In this document: positions 50,459 through 64,000 of the stretch, one piece after another
Layout: each line of letters starts with the position of its first letter
How positions within the stretch are numbered: the stretch's first letter is position 1
Assembly: GCF_006345805.1 (NCBI RefSeq)
Contig: NC_043010.1
Coordinates: forward strand, 60,698,001 to 60,762,000
Length of the DNA: 64,000 bases
Direction: 5' to 3'
Source of the DNA: Octopus sinensis
Taxonomy: Eukaryota
Notes under the pieces: model-generated
Database searches by the model: none
What the model was told of the DNA's origin: nothing
The model's input: the letters and a program-made list of their open reading frames with translations, nothing else
Made by a program: the position numbers and the translations under genes

Positions 50459-52113
50459 GTATGTAGTGTGTATTCACTGTCAACTATATCAAGGCCTTAG
50501 AAATGCTACAAACTTCTACAGTAAAATCTAATCAATTGTTCAATTGTTCTGACCCTTTCCAAAGGCCAGTGGCAAAACCATTGTCACTGATGGTCACAAT
50601 CAAAATCTATCCTAGTTGTTTGTGTCAGTTTGATTCAAAAACTACGTCACAACCCCAAAATGTCAAATCTACACAGAACGGATCTGACACTTCTGTTGGT
50701 TGAGAAAATCTCTATGGCAGCACTTTGTAATAACTCCATCTTGTTCGTTTGGGTTTCATTGTCTATTTTAGATCCTTATGACAAAACAGTTCTAATTACC
50801 AGAACTATTTAATTAAACTGAGCCTTCAGCTTTTTCTTTTCTTTTCCATTTTAACTTGAATTGCTTTTAATCTTGGTGAAGTTCACAGCAGTAACAGGCA
50901 TGCCATGTTGGGGTCATATATAGGGACCAGTTGAGATAAGGTCACTATGTGAAGGAGATCCAACAAAAACCCAGTGCATGAAACATTCATGCTGCTGTCT
51001 CTTGTTGAATCAGGTTTTATCTGACAAAACTATTTTTCAAGGCCTCTGAGATGAACTAATGAGATAATTTCAAAATAATCTTTCTGGAGCCAACAACAGT
51101 TGGAGCAGTAACCAGCTCACTCTCTGTAATCAGAGTACCCCATAATTTATATTCAGAGTACCCTATATTTATCTTCAGGGTACCCTCTATTTATCCTCAA
51201 GATACCCTCTATTTATCTATATAGTTATGTTTCTATTGCTGAAACTAACAATGTTTCATTAAAATTAAAAGAGAACAAACTATTGTGCTTCATTCAGTAA
51301 ATCTGATGGAGTTTTTCTCTTAGTTATTTAAGCTAAATAGGTATATTGAAGATCTCAATATACATAACTAGTAATTCCTTTTTTTTTTTTTTTAACTGAA
51401 GTCTAAGATGAAACAGACATTTGTCTCAAGTTTAAAGCTTTCATTGCTGCCGTATTTGGTACATACACTGTGTATCCAGAAATTAAGTAAAGAAAGGCAG
51501 CTTTATACTTGCAAGAACCAAAGGTTGAATAGGGAAATATTCCCAATCAAATTCATAAAGTACTTTACCTTTGTCATATTCTCTTGCCGTCATCTTTTTC
51601 TACATTCAATAACTTAATCTTGTGATGTACCCCAGCCTTTCTATCGACACCAGCCTTCTCTGCTTGATAAGTTAGACTGATAAATTCTTCAAGACTGCCA
51701 TGGTTTCTTTTAGATTGCTTCCAGTTAGCATCCCAACTTAGTTTGTCTATATTAGTACGGGCTGGATTATGTGTTACAAATAATAGAACGTGTCCCAGTT
51801 ATATTTGCAAAAACTTTGTACCTCTACAGGCATAATAAATCTACTGAAGAGGTCATCCACATATGAGAGGCTGGTGTTTGTTGCTTCAGAACTCTAGATT
51901 GTTGTATATACATAAATATATTTATTTATTTATTAGTGTGAGATGGAAAGACAGAGCCTAAAGGTCTCAGACCCTTCTAGACTGCAGGATTCCATAATCA
52001 AACGTCTGATTCAGATGCTTACAAAAAAAAGACAAGATCCTGAAATCTTGGGTCAGGCGGTGCTTTCTCACCACATGATGTGTCTAGCCCAAGATTTCAC
52101 CTTTATGCCAGAT

Positions 52114-52144
<31 letters not shown>

Positions 52145-52939
52145 ATATGTGTGTGTGCCACCTCGGTTTGTGTCTGTGACTCACTATGGATTATATAGAC
52201 TGAAAATATTAGTCAACTTGTCTCCTCCTTCTTTACATGTTAGAACATTGTGTAGAAATATTTGTGTTGTTGTTGTTGGTTCCATAAAAACCAGTGCAAA
52301 CAAGGAATTGTTGAATTTTATGTGTGTAAACCTGTTTCTACTGTAATATTGTTGATGGAACATCATTGTACTTACTGGATTATCTTTACATTTATTGAAT
52401 TCTGCTTGATTAAAAATTATTGAAAAACCGACCTTCTGTTATGTTATTCTTTATTTTCCCTTTTTATACCGGTTCCAATCAATGGATTCTGTTTATTGAG
52501 TTTTTCAGTTGCCCTTTTTTTATAAACAGATACAACTTGACACTAAATTTTAAACCAGTATACACACAAATACAGACACAAACACACAGATGTATACATC
52601 CACACACACAGAGTATTTTTTACCAGATGAAATAACTTGTCTTGTACTTTTCCAGGTATATAATCTTAAGAATATTATTTCTCATGCTCGCATTTTTCCA
52701 TGTAATATAGAGTGTTTCTACCAGCAGTAGCCTCATTATAGACTCGCTAGGTAACAAGGGAGGTAATATTCTCTATATAAGGAGACCTAAATTAAGTAGG
52801 GATGTAAATTTTTGTACTTTTAATTATTGTAAAACATAAGGGGAAATATATCGTATAAATATTCAGAAATTAATTAGAAGGAGGTTCCAGTATTTGTATG
52901 ATTTACATTTGGTTTATATTTTACAATGCCTTTCATACA

Positions 52940-53215
52940 GATTGAGCAGGGCCATCTACATGAAGGGATTTGTGGCTTGTCTGCTTTCCTACTTACTAAG
53001 ACTTTGGTTTCTGATAGGTTGGCTCTAAGGCCCTTCATTCCCACACCTTGCATTCACACCTGAAATTTCTTCTCTAGTTCTGGTAATGATTCAGCTATAA
53101 GAACAAGGTCATCAGCATAGAGGAGCTCCCAGGGACGGCAGCCTCTCTTACCTTCCTCTGTTATTGCCTGGAGGACTATGATGAACAAGAGTGGGATCCT
53201 GGTGAATCCCTACTT
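52940..53215 (-). mobile_element. RTE-clade LINE RT fragment
   Basis: Minus strand encodes PWELLYADDLVLIAES; homologous to about 14780-15050. Confidence 0.8.
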
Positions 53216-55051
53216 GTACCCTGAATTAATTGCTATACTTGTTGCTGAACCTCACCCCAACCCTCAGTATAAATTATCAAATATATTTACCCCTCCTTCC
53301 AGACAAAATGACTTTTCACATCCAAATAATACTTTTTCTCAATCTTTTCTCACCACAAAGATGGCCATGCTTGGACTGCCTGAGCAGAGTCTGTCATCTT
53401 TCTGGCATCAAACTTAAAATAGCCTGTTGCAGATGATCTGTTGTATATAAAATATTTATAACTTAAATGTATTCAGTGCTTTATTTTGTTCAACAAATTA
53501 ACAGTACAGGATATATATATAATCAATATGAGACTTAATTTATCAAACAAAATTCAATAAGTTTCATCATATAAATGAAATGAAGCAGATTGAATGTTTA
53601 AATGGATTATCCTTTTATTTCATATTCCCAGACAATTGTTTCTGACAAAAAGACCAAGATTTTCATAAAGAGAACATCATAAAGGTCGGATTTGTACTCT
53701 TCGTAGATGAGATTTAAAGGAAAATAAAAATAAACAAAAAGATGTTTAAAATATACATAGAATTTTCTCTTAGTTATCATTATTTTTTAGGTATTTGTAT
53801 ATTCATTTTTCCACTCACAATTATTTGAATCGAGACCAAAACATTAAAGGACTTGGTTGCTTAAATATCTAATATTTAATTTTTGACTCCCTTGCTATGA
53901 AATCCAATATATATCTCTATTTAAACTCCCTAAAGAAAATACTGGCCAAGATGTATGTGTATGTACGTTCAGAAACACCAAATAAGGAGCTATATGTTAT
54001 TCCAAATTCATATTTAAAAAGATATGGAATTAATTTTATTCTCAGACGCAGGATAATGCTAATATTATAGCATGAACAGGATAAATTATCCATATTTGCA
54101 TTAGCATTATTATGCGTTTGAGAATAAAATTATTTCCTTATCTTTCAATAAATCTCAACAATTCTAAATCAAACTTTGTTTATTTTCATCGTAATTTGAA
54201 TTCACCATATCTAAAAATTTCTTAACCGTCATCTGTCATTTCTACTATGATTTTAAGTAGATAGGAAGTTAGTACTAGCATGTGAGATTGATTAATAGTT
54301 TAGACAATATAGGTTTTATATGATGCATTAATTATCTAAAAGCTGCTAGAAAAATTTTTTTTAATGAACCTTATGAAATAGATATAAACACAAGTAAAGA
54401 TGTATTAAAGGGGACCACTTAACGTGATTGTCATAAAATATGATAAGCTATCTTTCATATTGAAGAAAAGTTTTATATATAATGAATTCAAGAAACAGAG
54501 AAAAAGACAAGAAAAACACAACAACATGAGGACGCGGCACATGCAAAGTATTAATAAGATGCTCAGAGAAGAAAAAGAGTGGTTGTTTTACATTTTGAGC
54601 AAAGCTCAAAGCAGGAAACAGGAAAGTTCAAAGGAAAAGGAAGAAGAGGGAAAAAAATCGCCAACAGTCCACATGTAGTTACATTTTGGAATGACCGGAA
54701 ATAGAAGGGCAAAGAGAAAGTGCTTTCTGGGAGAGGAGAGTGTGAAGAATGGTTGACATCTGTGTGCACGCTCATGTGTGGTGGCACATCTGTGCGTGAT
54801 AGTGTGTGTGTGTGTATGGTAATGTGTATGTGTGGCAGTAACTGAATGTGTGTGTATGTGCATGCATGGTAGTGTGTGTACGTGTGGTAGTAACTGTATT
54901 GTGTGTGTGTGTATATATGGTAGTGTGTGTGTGTGCATGCATGGTAGTGTGTGTGCATGTGTAGTGTATGCGATATTAACTGTGTCCGTGTGGTATTAAG
55001 TGTTTGTGTGTGAGTTTGTATGATTGTATATATTTACATATTTAAGTAAAT

Positions 55052-55400
55052 ATGCAGAATGGTTAGAAGCTTGCTTCCCAACCACATGGTTCTGGGTTCA
55101 GTCCCACAGTGTAGTACCTTGGGCAAGCGTCTTCTACAATAGCCTCAGGCCCACCAAAACCATGTGAGTGGGTTTGGTACATGAAAACTGAAAGAATCCT
55201 GTCATATATATGCATATATAGATATATGAGTGTCTTTGTGTTTGTCCTCCACCCATTTGTTGACAACTGGTGTTGATTTATTTAAGTCCTGTAACTTAGC
55301 AATTTGGCAAAAGGAAACTGATAGAATAAGTAACAGACTTTGGGGTTAATTTGTTTAACGAAACCCTTGGCAGTGGTTCCCCGGCATGGCTGCAGCCTAA
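55052..55400 (+). mobile_element. tRNA-derived SINE (family D)
   Basis: GGTTAGAAGCTTGCTTCCCAACCACATGGTTCTGGGTTCAGTCCC..ACCTTGGGCAAG; copies at about 5065-5210, 38630-38960 (minus) and 58000-58200 (minus). Confidence 0.78.
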
Positions 55401-55794
55401 GTTTAATATGTTCCCCCATTGTCATCCTCACAACATGTAATGCTGTGATACACATTATTTAGTCAGCCATGGTCATACTTGTTTAACAAGTCAACAGCCA
55501 TCGTGTATCTATGCATGCATGTACGTACATGCATATGGATGTATAGCCAGATAATGAGGATTATAAAATCACCTCAATAACGCATATGATTTTCATCATA
55601 TTTATTAATCCTTTCTACTAAAGGCACAAGGCCTGAATTGGGGGAGGGGGGGCAGTCAATCACATTGACCCCAGTGATTCACTGGTACTTATTTTATTAG
55701 CACCAAAAGGATGAAAGGCAAAGTCGACCTTAGCGGAACTTGAACTCAGAATGTAGTGATGGGCGAAATACCGCTAAGCATTACATCCAGCATG

Positions 55795-56092
55795 AGTGGA
55801 GGCACATGGCCTAGTGGTTAGAGCAGCGGACTCACGGTCGAGGGATCATGGGTTCGAATCTTGATGTGTGTGTTTATGAGCAAAACACCTAAGCTCCATG
55901 CGGCTCCGGCAGAAGGTAATGGTGAAACTTCTGCTGACTCTTTCGCCACAACTTTCACTCTTTCCTCCTGCATCTTGCAGCTCACCTGCGATGGACCGGC
56001 GTCCCATCCAGGTGGGGAACCTATACACAAGAAACTGGGAAACCGGCCCTTGTGAGCCAGGCATGGCTTGAGAAGGAACAGACAACAACAAT
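55795..56092 (+). mobile_element. tRNA-derived SINE nested inside a family-A SINE, 10-bp TSD
   Basis: GGCCTAGTGGTTAGAGC A-box, GGTTCGAATC B-box, (ACA)n tail; ATCCAGCATG at 55785-55794 and 56093-56102. Confidence 0.85.
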
Positions 56093-57590
56093 ATCCAGCA
56101 TGCTAACAATTCTGCCAGCTCACTTTCTTATCATATATATTAATGAGCTGCAAAGTAAAGCTAACTTTTGTATGTATATATGTATGTAAGTATGAATGTA
56201 TGTATTATGTATGTTAGTTAGGTAGCATGTATGCATGCAAGCAGGCATGTATTACAGATTCTCTAACATAGGTATGATGAAATCCTGAATGGAAAGACTA
56301 TTCAAGTTTCTTACACTAGTTGCAAAAATTTAGCAAGTTCTGCTAACTCCATTAACATAAAAGATCTTTCAGACAATGGTAACACCTTCACCAAGTGCAC
56401 TTCTAATTAGATGTACAGTTGTAAGAGACTCCTTAGTGAAAACTGTCTTAAATATTCTTTATTTGGTCCCTACCAAAATCCTTCAGAGTAACAACGGCAA
56501 ATGAATTTCATGATGACATAATACTCACACAGACATTTCCAACTCAAGCCAAAGAGAAAATTTTCAACAAGTCATTCAAGATAGATTTGGAGATTACGGA
56601 AACTTATGGCAATACCTTTGATATAACTTGGACTAGTCTTGGTGTTACACCTGCTAACAACAGGTATACCAAGGTGTCATCTTTGTTTAACTGACAAGGT
56701 TTTAATATTATCAAAGATTGAGAACTGTTGGAATTCAGGAAATTAAATTCTTTGTGATTGTCTGTATAAAGCCAAATATTTACTATGTCATTTTTTAAAA
56801 ACAAATAAAGTAATTAAAAAATGCATCTGCCATAGAAAATTTTCAATGAAGTTTCTACCACCGTCATATTTTTTTGTTTCCATTTCCATTTTTGCTTTTT
56901 TGCATTCTTCGTCTATTCTTCAACCATCACCATTTTTTTTTTCTTTGTTACATTCCAGGCTGTTACATGAATGGAAAATGTTTTCTGACAGCTTTTTAAA
57001 ATTTAACATTATTTTCTTCTCACTCTCTCTTCTGACACTCACTTTTTCAATATTTTCTTTTTTATTTATTTTCTATTATTTTGTTGTATTTGAATGTGAA
57101 TGACACTTTATGAATGGCCTAAAATACCTGTAATTGATAGGATTGAATCATATTCTTATTAATTTCATTTTTCAGTTCATTGATTTTATCTTTCTATTGG
57201 CAACCAATCATATCGTTCTATATTGATTTATCTTTCGACAAGCAACCAATCATTTGCTTCCTTTTTGTTTTTGTTTTCATAATCTGAGCTTTCTTCTTAC
57301 TGGTTTCCTCTTTCATCACTCAGATTTCGTCTGCAGACCAGAAATGGGAAAGTTAAAGTCAGGCAAATTAAAGTATCACCTTTAATGTATATATTTGTTA
57401 ACACTCTACTTTCTCCATCTAGTGTTCTATTGTATCTTCATGTTTTACACCAAATACCTTTATTTTCTAGTCCTAACATACATACATATATATATATATT
57501 ATATATATATATATATATATAATATATATATAAATAGATACAAGTATGTATGGGCAGATGGATGTATGTGCACATGTGTGTGTGTATAGG

Positions 57591-57642
<52 letters not shown>

Positions 57643-58252
57643 GTGTGTGTGTGTGTGGTGTGTGTGTGTGTGTACATACACATGTGTGTGTGTGAGTGTG
57701 TTTGTATGTATGTGGCATCATTTAAAAGCTGCAACTATCCAAGGAAACACATTTGTGGCCAGCAGTTGATAACAACATCCAGTAGTCTGGTCAATACAGT
57801 GACATGAATCTTTTATCTTTCATCTTTCATCTTTTATCTTTAGTCTTTTATGTGTTTCAGTTATTAGGCTGTGGTCATGCAGGGGCACTGTCTTGAAGGA
57901 TTTTTGCCATACAAATCCCCAGTACTTTTGTCTCTTAGCTTGGTACTTATTCTATCAGTTTCTTTTGATGAACCACTAAGTTATGGAGACACCAGTTTTT
58001 AAGTGGTAGTGGGGGGGATGAACACAAACACACACACAAATACACAAGAGGCTTCTTTTAGTTTCCATCAAGCAAATACATTCACAAGGCTTTGGTCAGC
58101 CCATGGTAGAAAACACCTGCCTAAGGTGTCATACAGTGGGTCTGAACCTGGAACCATGTGGTTGGGAAGCAAACTTCTTATCACCCAGTCACGCCTGCAT
58201 CTATGTAATACACACACACACACACACATGTGTGTGTGTGTATAGGTATATG

Positions 58253-58290
<38 letters not shown>

Positions 58291-58315
58291 CACATATATA
58301 TATGCATATACTATT

Positions 58316-58353
<38 letters not shown>

Positions 58354-59418
58354 CAGCAGCAGCATCATTTAACGTCCGTTGTCCATGCTGGCTTGGGTTG
58401 GATGGTTTGGCCAGGTCTGGTAAGCTGGAAGGCTGCACCAGATTCCAGTCTGATTTGGCTGGTTTTCTACAGCTGGATGCCCTTCCTAATGCCAACCACT
58501 CCGAGGGTGTAATTGGTGTTTTTACATGCCACCTGCATGGGTGCCACTGGCCACATATGTGTGTGTGTGCAATTTGTTTTTACTGATTGAACTCAAAGCA
58601 GATACAGGTATAAATACGATCACCAAAATATTGGGTTAAAAAGCCCTTTGGAAAGAAAAAAGTGAAAAGTTGCCACTGGGACTTGAATCTATATCTTTTG
58701 TAAATATGACAGATGTTCTACCATTGGATCAAAGCAATCCTTCAAATTGCTCTGCACCTTTTAGAAGCTTACATTCTTACGATGTAAGCAACACTCAATT
58801 CTTTCTGGTCAAAGGAATTTTATGGTAAGCACCAGGTCTTAGAATGGTTGGATAGATAGAAGAGAGAGGATTTCAGTGATTAGATTGGCTGATAATACAT
58901 CCCCACCACCACCACCATCATCATTGCCACTACTGCCACATGACCACCTCTACAACCCCTAACAACATCACCACCACAACAACCAACAGCACCACCATCA
59001 TCATCAACATCATCATCATCATAGCTATGGATTACAGCTGTTAATCTTACAACTGATCCCATTAGTTAGACATAAAGGAAGGAGCCTGTTTTAAAACAAA
59101 CCGTCACTTGATCCCATCCAATTCCGCTGCAGACCCTATCAAATTCAAACGCTTTCATTTAATCACCACCCTCTCTATCGCTTCTTTCTCCCTTTTAGTG
59201 GGTTGGGTTTTTTTTCTCCTCAATAAATTCTCACTTCTGGATGTTTCTATTTTTGAACACCGAGTCACAGTTATTTCTCACACAACCTCTGTAAATCAAT
59301 GAGGAAAGTGTGATTTATATACACACATACATACAAACATACGTGTGTGTGTGTGTATTAATTTGCAAGTATGTGTATACATAGGTACATATGTGCATAT
59401 ACATATATATATACATAC

Positions 59419-59472
<54 letters not shown>

Positions 59473-60017
59473 ATATATGTGTGTGTGTATGTATGTATGT
59501 ATATATGTATTTATGTATGTATGGGTGTATGTGTGTATGTATGCATATATATGTATGTATATGTTTATAGATACAAATATCTAAATGTATGTATATACAT
59601 CCCTACATAAGTATATATTTATTATATGTTTATACACACACACAGAAGCATGCATATATATACACAATGAATATACATCTCACACACACACACACACACA
59701 CACACAGCTGTACACATGGTTTCAACTTACAACTTAATCTGAGACCAATGTTGTTTTCTATTACAGCTGAAGTCTGAATCATCGTCAATACCATCACCAT
59801 AATCAGCATCACCATCATCCATACCACCCCCACTGCCACCACCACCACCACCATCACCAGCAGCAGCAGCAGTAGTAGCAGCAGCACTGTCACTGCCACC
59901 TTACCAACACCATAAACAAAAACACAACAGCAACACACACACACACACATTCTTGTTCTTGTGTTGGCACCAACAAAACCAAAAACAAGAAAATCTTTAC
60001 ATCCAGGAAGTATATGG

Positions 60018-60290
60018 CAAATAAATAAATAAAAAAATAAAATAAAATAAAATAAAATAAATAAATAAATAAAATAAAATAAAATAAAAAATAAAATAAA
60101 ATAAAATAAATAAATAAATAAAATAAAAATAAAAAATAAAATAAAAAATAAATAAATAAATAAATAAAATAAAATGAAATAAATAAATAAATAAATAAAA
60201 TAAAATAAAATGAAATAAATAAATAAATAAATAAATAAAATAAAATGAAATAAATAAATAAATAAATAAAATAAAATAAAATGAAATAAA
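60018..60290. repeat. (AAAT/AAAAT)n simple repeat
   Basis: Directly visible. Confidence 0.95.
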
Positions 60291-61017
60291 TGGTGCTTTT
60301 TAAGTGAAATCTCTTTGTTGTGTGGCTGAGTTGAAGAGTCCCTTATCAGGGTGGCCATCAGGGAAGCTGTGAACCAGTGATTGACTAGTTGTAACCATGA
60401 CAACACAATGAAATAAACACAGAAGGGACTTGGCCATTTCTGCCCCTTCTCTGCTTTAATAATAATTGTTTTTAATTGAAGTACGGGGGCCAGTAATTTT
60501 GATGGGTGGGAGTGGGGGTAATCAATTTCATCACCCCACCCCCACCACCACCAGTACTTGACTGGTACTTTATTTTATCAAACCCTTGAAAGGGTGAAAA
60601 GCAAAGTTGACCTTGGTGGGATTCGAACTCAGAGAGCATAAAAGCCTGAACAAAAGCCACAAGGCATTTTTGCCCAATGCTTGAATGGTTCTGCTGGCCC
60701 AACGCCCTCCATGCCCTCCATGCCTTAACGATAATATTAATTTCTTAATTAGACAACAAATATTGTTCAAGAATGGAAACAAGATTACGTGGCATTTATT
60801 CTTTAATGCCATAAATAATGAGTTTTAGCTTCAACTGAGGATTGAAACCTAATAGTGTTGCCTAGTGTGAAAAATAGGTACCATGAAGAGGTGCATGTCA
60901 TTGCTCTAAGTAGTGGGGAGATAATCAATACACAATCAACTAGAAATAGCAACCAAATCTTCCTCAATTTATACTCAACTAACAGGACATACCAAACGAT
61001 GTAATCAGATGTATACC

Positions 61018-61250
61018 TATTTCTTTATTACCCACAAGGGGCTAAACACAGAGGGGACAAACAAGAACAGACATAGGTATTAAGTCGATTACATCGACCC
61101 CAGTGCGTAACTGGTACTTAATTTATCGACCCCAAAAGGATGAAAGGCAAAGTCGACCTCGGCGGAATTTGAACTCACAACGTAACGCAGACGAAATACC
61201 GCTAAGCATTTTGCCCGGTGTCCTAACGACTCTGCCAGCTCACCGCCTTA
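61018..61250 (-). mobile_element. Young tRNA-derived SINE (family A) with 15-bp TSD
   Basis: A-box-like GGTGAGCTGGCAGAGTCGTTAG and B-box GAGTTCAAATTCC on the minus strand; AATCAGATGTATACC at 61003-61017 and 61251-61265. Confidence 0.9.
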
Positions 61251-61774
61251 AATCAGATGTATACCATGTCTAAATATAAGCCTGGATGGTCATGGCTTGG
61301 AGGCTTCTCATCATAGGCCAGCTTGATCAGAACAGACCTGGGGTTAAACAACAAAAACAACCAACAGTGTAAGATTGTAGCCTTTTGTAGGAAGCTGAGG
61401 TTTTTGTTGTGTGTTAGCAAAGAGTGGTTGGATGTGATTGAGAGAATACAGGACAGTGGGAGTGAAAAGAAGTGTTAGCCTGTGGGCGTGAGTTCAATCC
61501 CTGAGTCAGTCAAGCCATGTTTGTGTGTGTGGGTGTGTGTATTAATAAAACAAAACTGAGCTAAAAGAAATAGCTCAAAGTGACCAGTGGCATGAATTTG
61601 AACAACATTTGACAAATGCTATAGGAATTCCTGATTTATTAAAACTATTTCTACCTCTAGAGGACATATTATAATTACCAAATGGCAATTAAGACCAGTT
61701 CCACTTGGAAAAGGAATATATGTATGTATGTATGTATACATACATACATACATACATACATACATACATACATA

Positions 61775-62666
61775 CAGGGTGCGATGGGTAAATTGTTGCC
61801 ATTTTATATTTCTAATTTCATGCATGCGCATTGTTTGTTGTTGATTTTGTCAACTACACAGCATAGTAGGGTCAGTTGGATATTATCTGTGAGCAAAACA
61901 ACAGCACCATGACACAATTCAATCTGCCAGAAATTTGGAAACAACATGCTGTACTGCTTGGCATTCATGTCAAGAAATCCAATACGAACATTTCAGAGAG
62001 TTTGGATGTCAATCTGAAGACAGTGCAATCTGAGGACATGTGCCAAGAGTGATAAAAATCAAACAACCAGTCAACATCATGGTGTTTGGAATGATCACTA
62101 GTGATAGCGATGTTATGCCTCCATTCATCTTCCCACATGGTCTCAGACTCAACACAGAGGCCTACATCAAGTGCCTGGAGGAAGTAGTGCTGCCCTGGGT
62201 CAAGAGGGTGGCTGCTGGAAGACCCTACGTATGGCAACAGGACTCTGAACCATGCCACACAAGCAGGAGAACTCAGTCATGGCTGTCAGGCAATTTCTGT
62301 GACCCCATCACCCCTAACATCTGGCCACCTGACTCTCCAGACTGCAAACCCGTTGATTATTATGTATGGAGTGCAGTTGAGAGAGAGACCAACAAAACTC
62401 CTTGTAACAGCAAAGTTGAACTGAAGACAAGGATTATGGCAGCATTCACCAACTTAAACATGGAGACTGTCCAGAAGAGTTGCAGGAGATTCCAAAGTCA
62501 TCTGGAGGCTGTTGTTGAAGCCAATGGTGATTTTATTGAATAAATTTACTCTTTACTATTTCAAGATATTTTTATGTAATTTTGGTAAATATATCTGTTA
62601 AAATGAGATGTCAGTGTTATTTTCATTTTTGTGTAATTTGGACAAGAGTTTATTCACCACACCCTG
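61775..62666 (+). mobile_element. Internally deleted Tc1/mariner transposon, DD37D (maT) type
   Basis: TIRs begin CAGGGTG, TA on both sides, inside a (TACA)n/(TA)n tract; ORF 62040-62543 has QQD, then 37 residues, then the D of PVDY, with a WPPDSPD motif. Confidence 0.88.
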
Positions 62667-62670
62667 TATG

Positions 62671-62735
<65 letters not shown>

Positions 62736-63329
62736 ATATATACATACACACACATACATACATACATACATATACATACTACATACATACATACATACAT
62801 ACATACATACATACATACATGCATACTTATATACATGCATATAAGACATAAAGAATGAAGATGTATTATTGATGAGTTGTTTAGCCTACACATGTTTTGA
62901 ATAGCCTGGCACAACCCAAGCACTGCACATTGCAATGAGCATATTTAATCGCACCTTCATTCCACCGCCTGATATGCCATAGCAAAAGAGGAGTTAGGGG
63001 CAATGCTATTCTTTTCAAAGCCAGAATGCCAGAATACTGAATTTAGTCTACATTGGAATAATGTGGGAGAACGTACAGTAGCAAACTCAAGACCAGTGTC
63101 CGTGTGATAGGCAAAGGAAAGCATGCTCCTCGGATGTTCCTAGTCCACTGATAGCTGTATGTATCTTGTTGAGATAAAATTGAAATTGGATCTGTGATGT
63201 CATTAAGTATGACCTAATAAATAAAGACAATGAATTTATTAGAATAGCAAAAGAATCTATCAAGAAAAATATTCTTCTGGCCATTGCATGAATTTAAATT
63301 AAATACAATTACATGGGTTTTTAAAAATT

Positions 63330-63915
63330 TTATTTTATTCATTTATTTTATTTTATTTATTTTATTTTATGTTATTTTAATCTTTACTCTTTTATTCTTT
63401 TACTTATTTCAGTCATTTCACTGCAGCCATGCTGGAGCACTGTCTATTTTATTTTATTCATTTTATTTTATTTTGTTATTTTATTTATTTTATTTTATTT
63501 TATTTTATTTCAAATCATTTATTTTATTTATTTTGTTTAATTCATTTCTATTTTATTTTATTTTATTCTATTTCATTTCCTTTTATTTTATCCATTTTAT
63601 TTTATTTATTTTATTTTGTTATTTTATTTTATTTATTTAATGTTATTTTATTTCATTTCATTTATTTTATTTATTTTGTTTAATTTATTTTTATCTTATT
63701 TTATATCATTTTATTTTATTTTATTTTATTTTGTTTAATTTTATTTATTTTATTTTATTTATTTTATTTTATTTATTTTATTTTATTTTATTCATTGTAT
63801 TTTCTTATTTTATTTTATTTATTTTATGCTATTTTATTTCATTTCATTTATTTTATCTATTTTGTTTAATTTATTTCTATTTTATTTATTTTATTTTATT
63901 CTATTTTATTTTATG
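63330..63915. repeat. Degenerate (TTTTA)n simple repeat
   Basis: Directly visible. Confidence 0.95.
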
Positions 63916-64000
63916 GAACATAATTTGACTTAATTTAAACTCATCCGTCATTTGAAGAAATATATAGTACAATGTTGACAAACAATAATCCTACAAACTG

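Overview
Eukaryotic, AT-rich, microsatellite- and SINE-dense DNA. The protocadherin type and repeat landscape point to a coleoid cephalopod, most likely an octopus (inference, not a database match). The first 40 kb is a tandem, same-strand (+) protocadherin array. It holds three full-length 6-EC protocadherin genes: A at 6356-10010, B at 16640-19794 and C at 30037-39139. B is intact; A and C each lack one base in a short A run. A decapitated relic of a fourth gene lies between B and C (20159-24441). Each unit appears to be: non-coding leader exon, intron, one 2.4 kb exon (signal peptide, EC1-EC6, TM, juxtamembrane; phase-0 donor), a phase 0-1 exon, then a short terminal exon. There is no shared constant exon. 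The paralogs are mosaics: EC1 and EC4-to-juxtamembrane are nearly identical at DNA level, while EC2-EC3, intron 1 and the flanks are strongly diverged, as expected from domain-restricted gene conversion. All three proteins lack the EC3-derived Ca2+ ligands at the EC3-EC4 junction and carry SH3/SH2-type motifs in their tails. A further leader-like module at about 40.2-40.5 kb has no coding exon in the remaining 23.5 kb. The repeats (a CR1-like LINE and a mariner and maT transposon among many SINEs, RTE fragments and simple repeats) dominate introns and that distal region. Coordinates were counted by hand; repeat boundaries are approximate.
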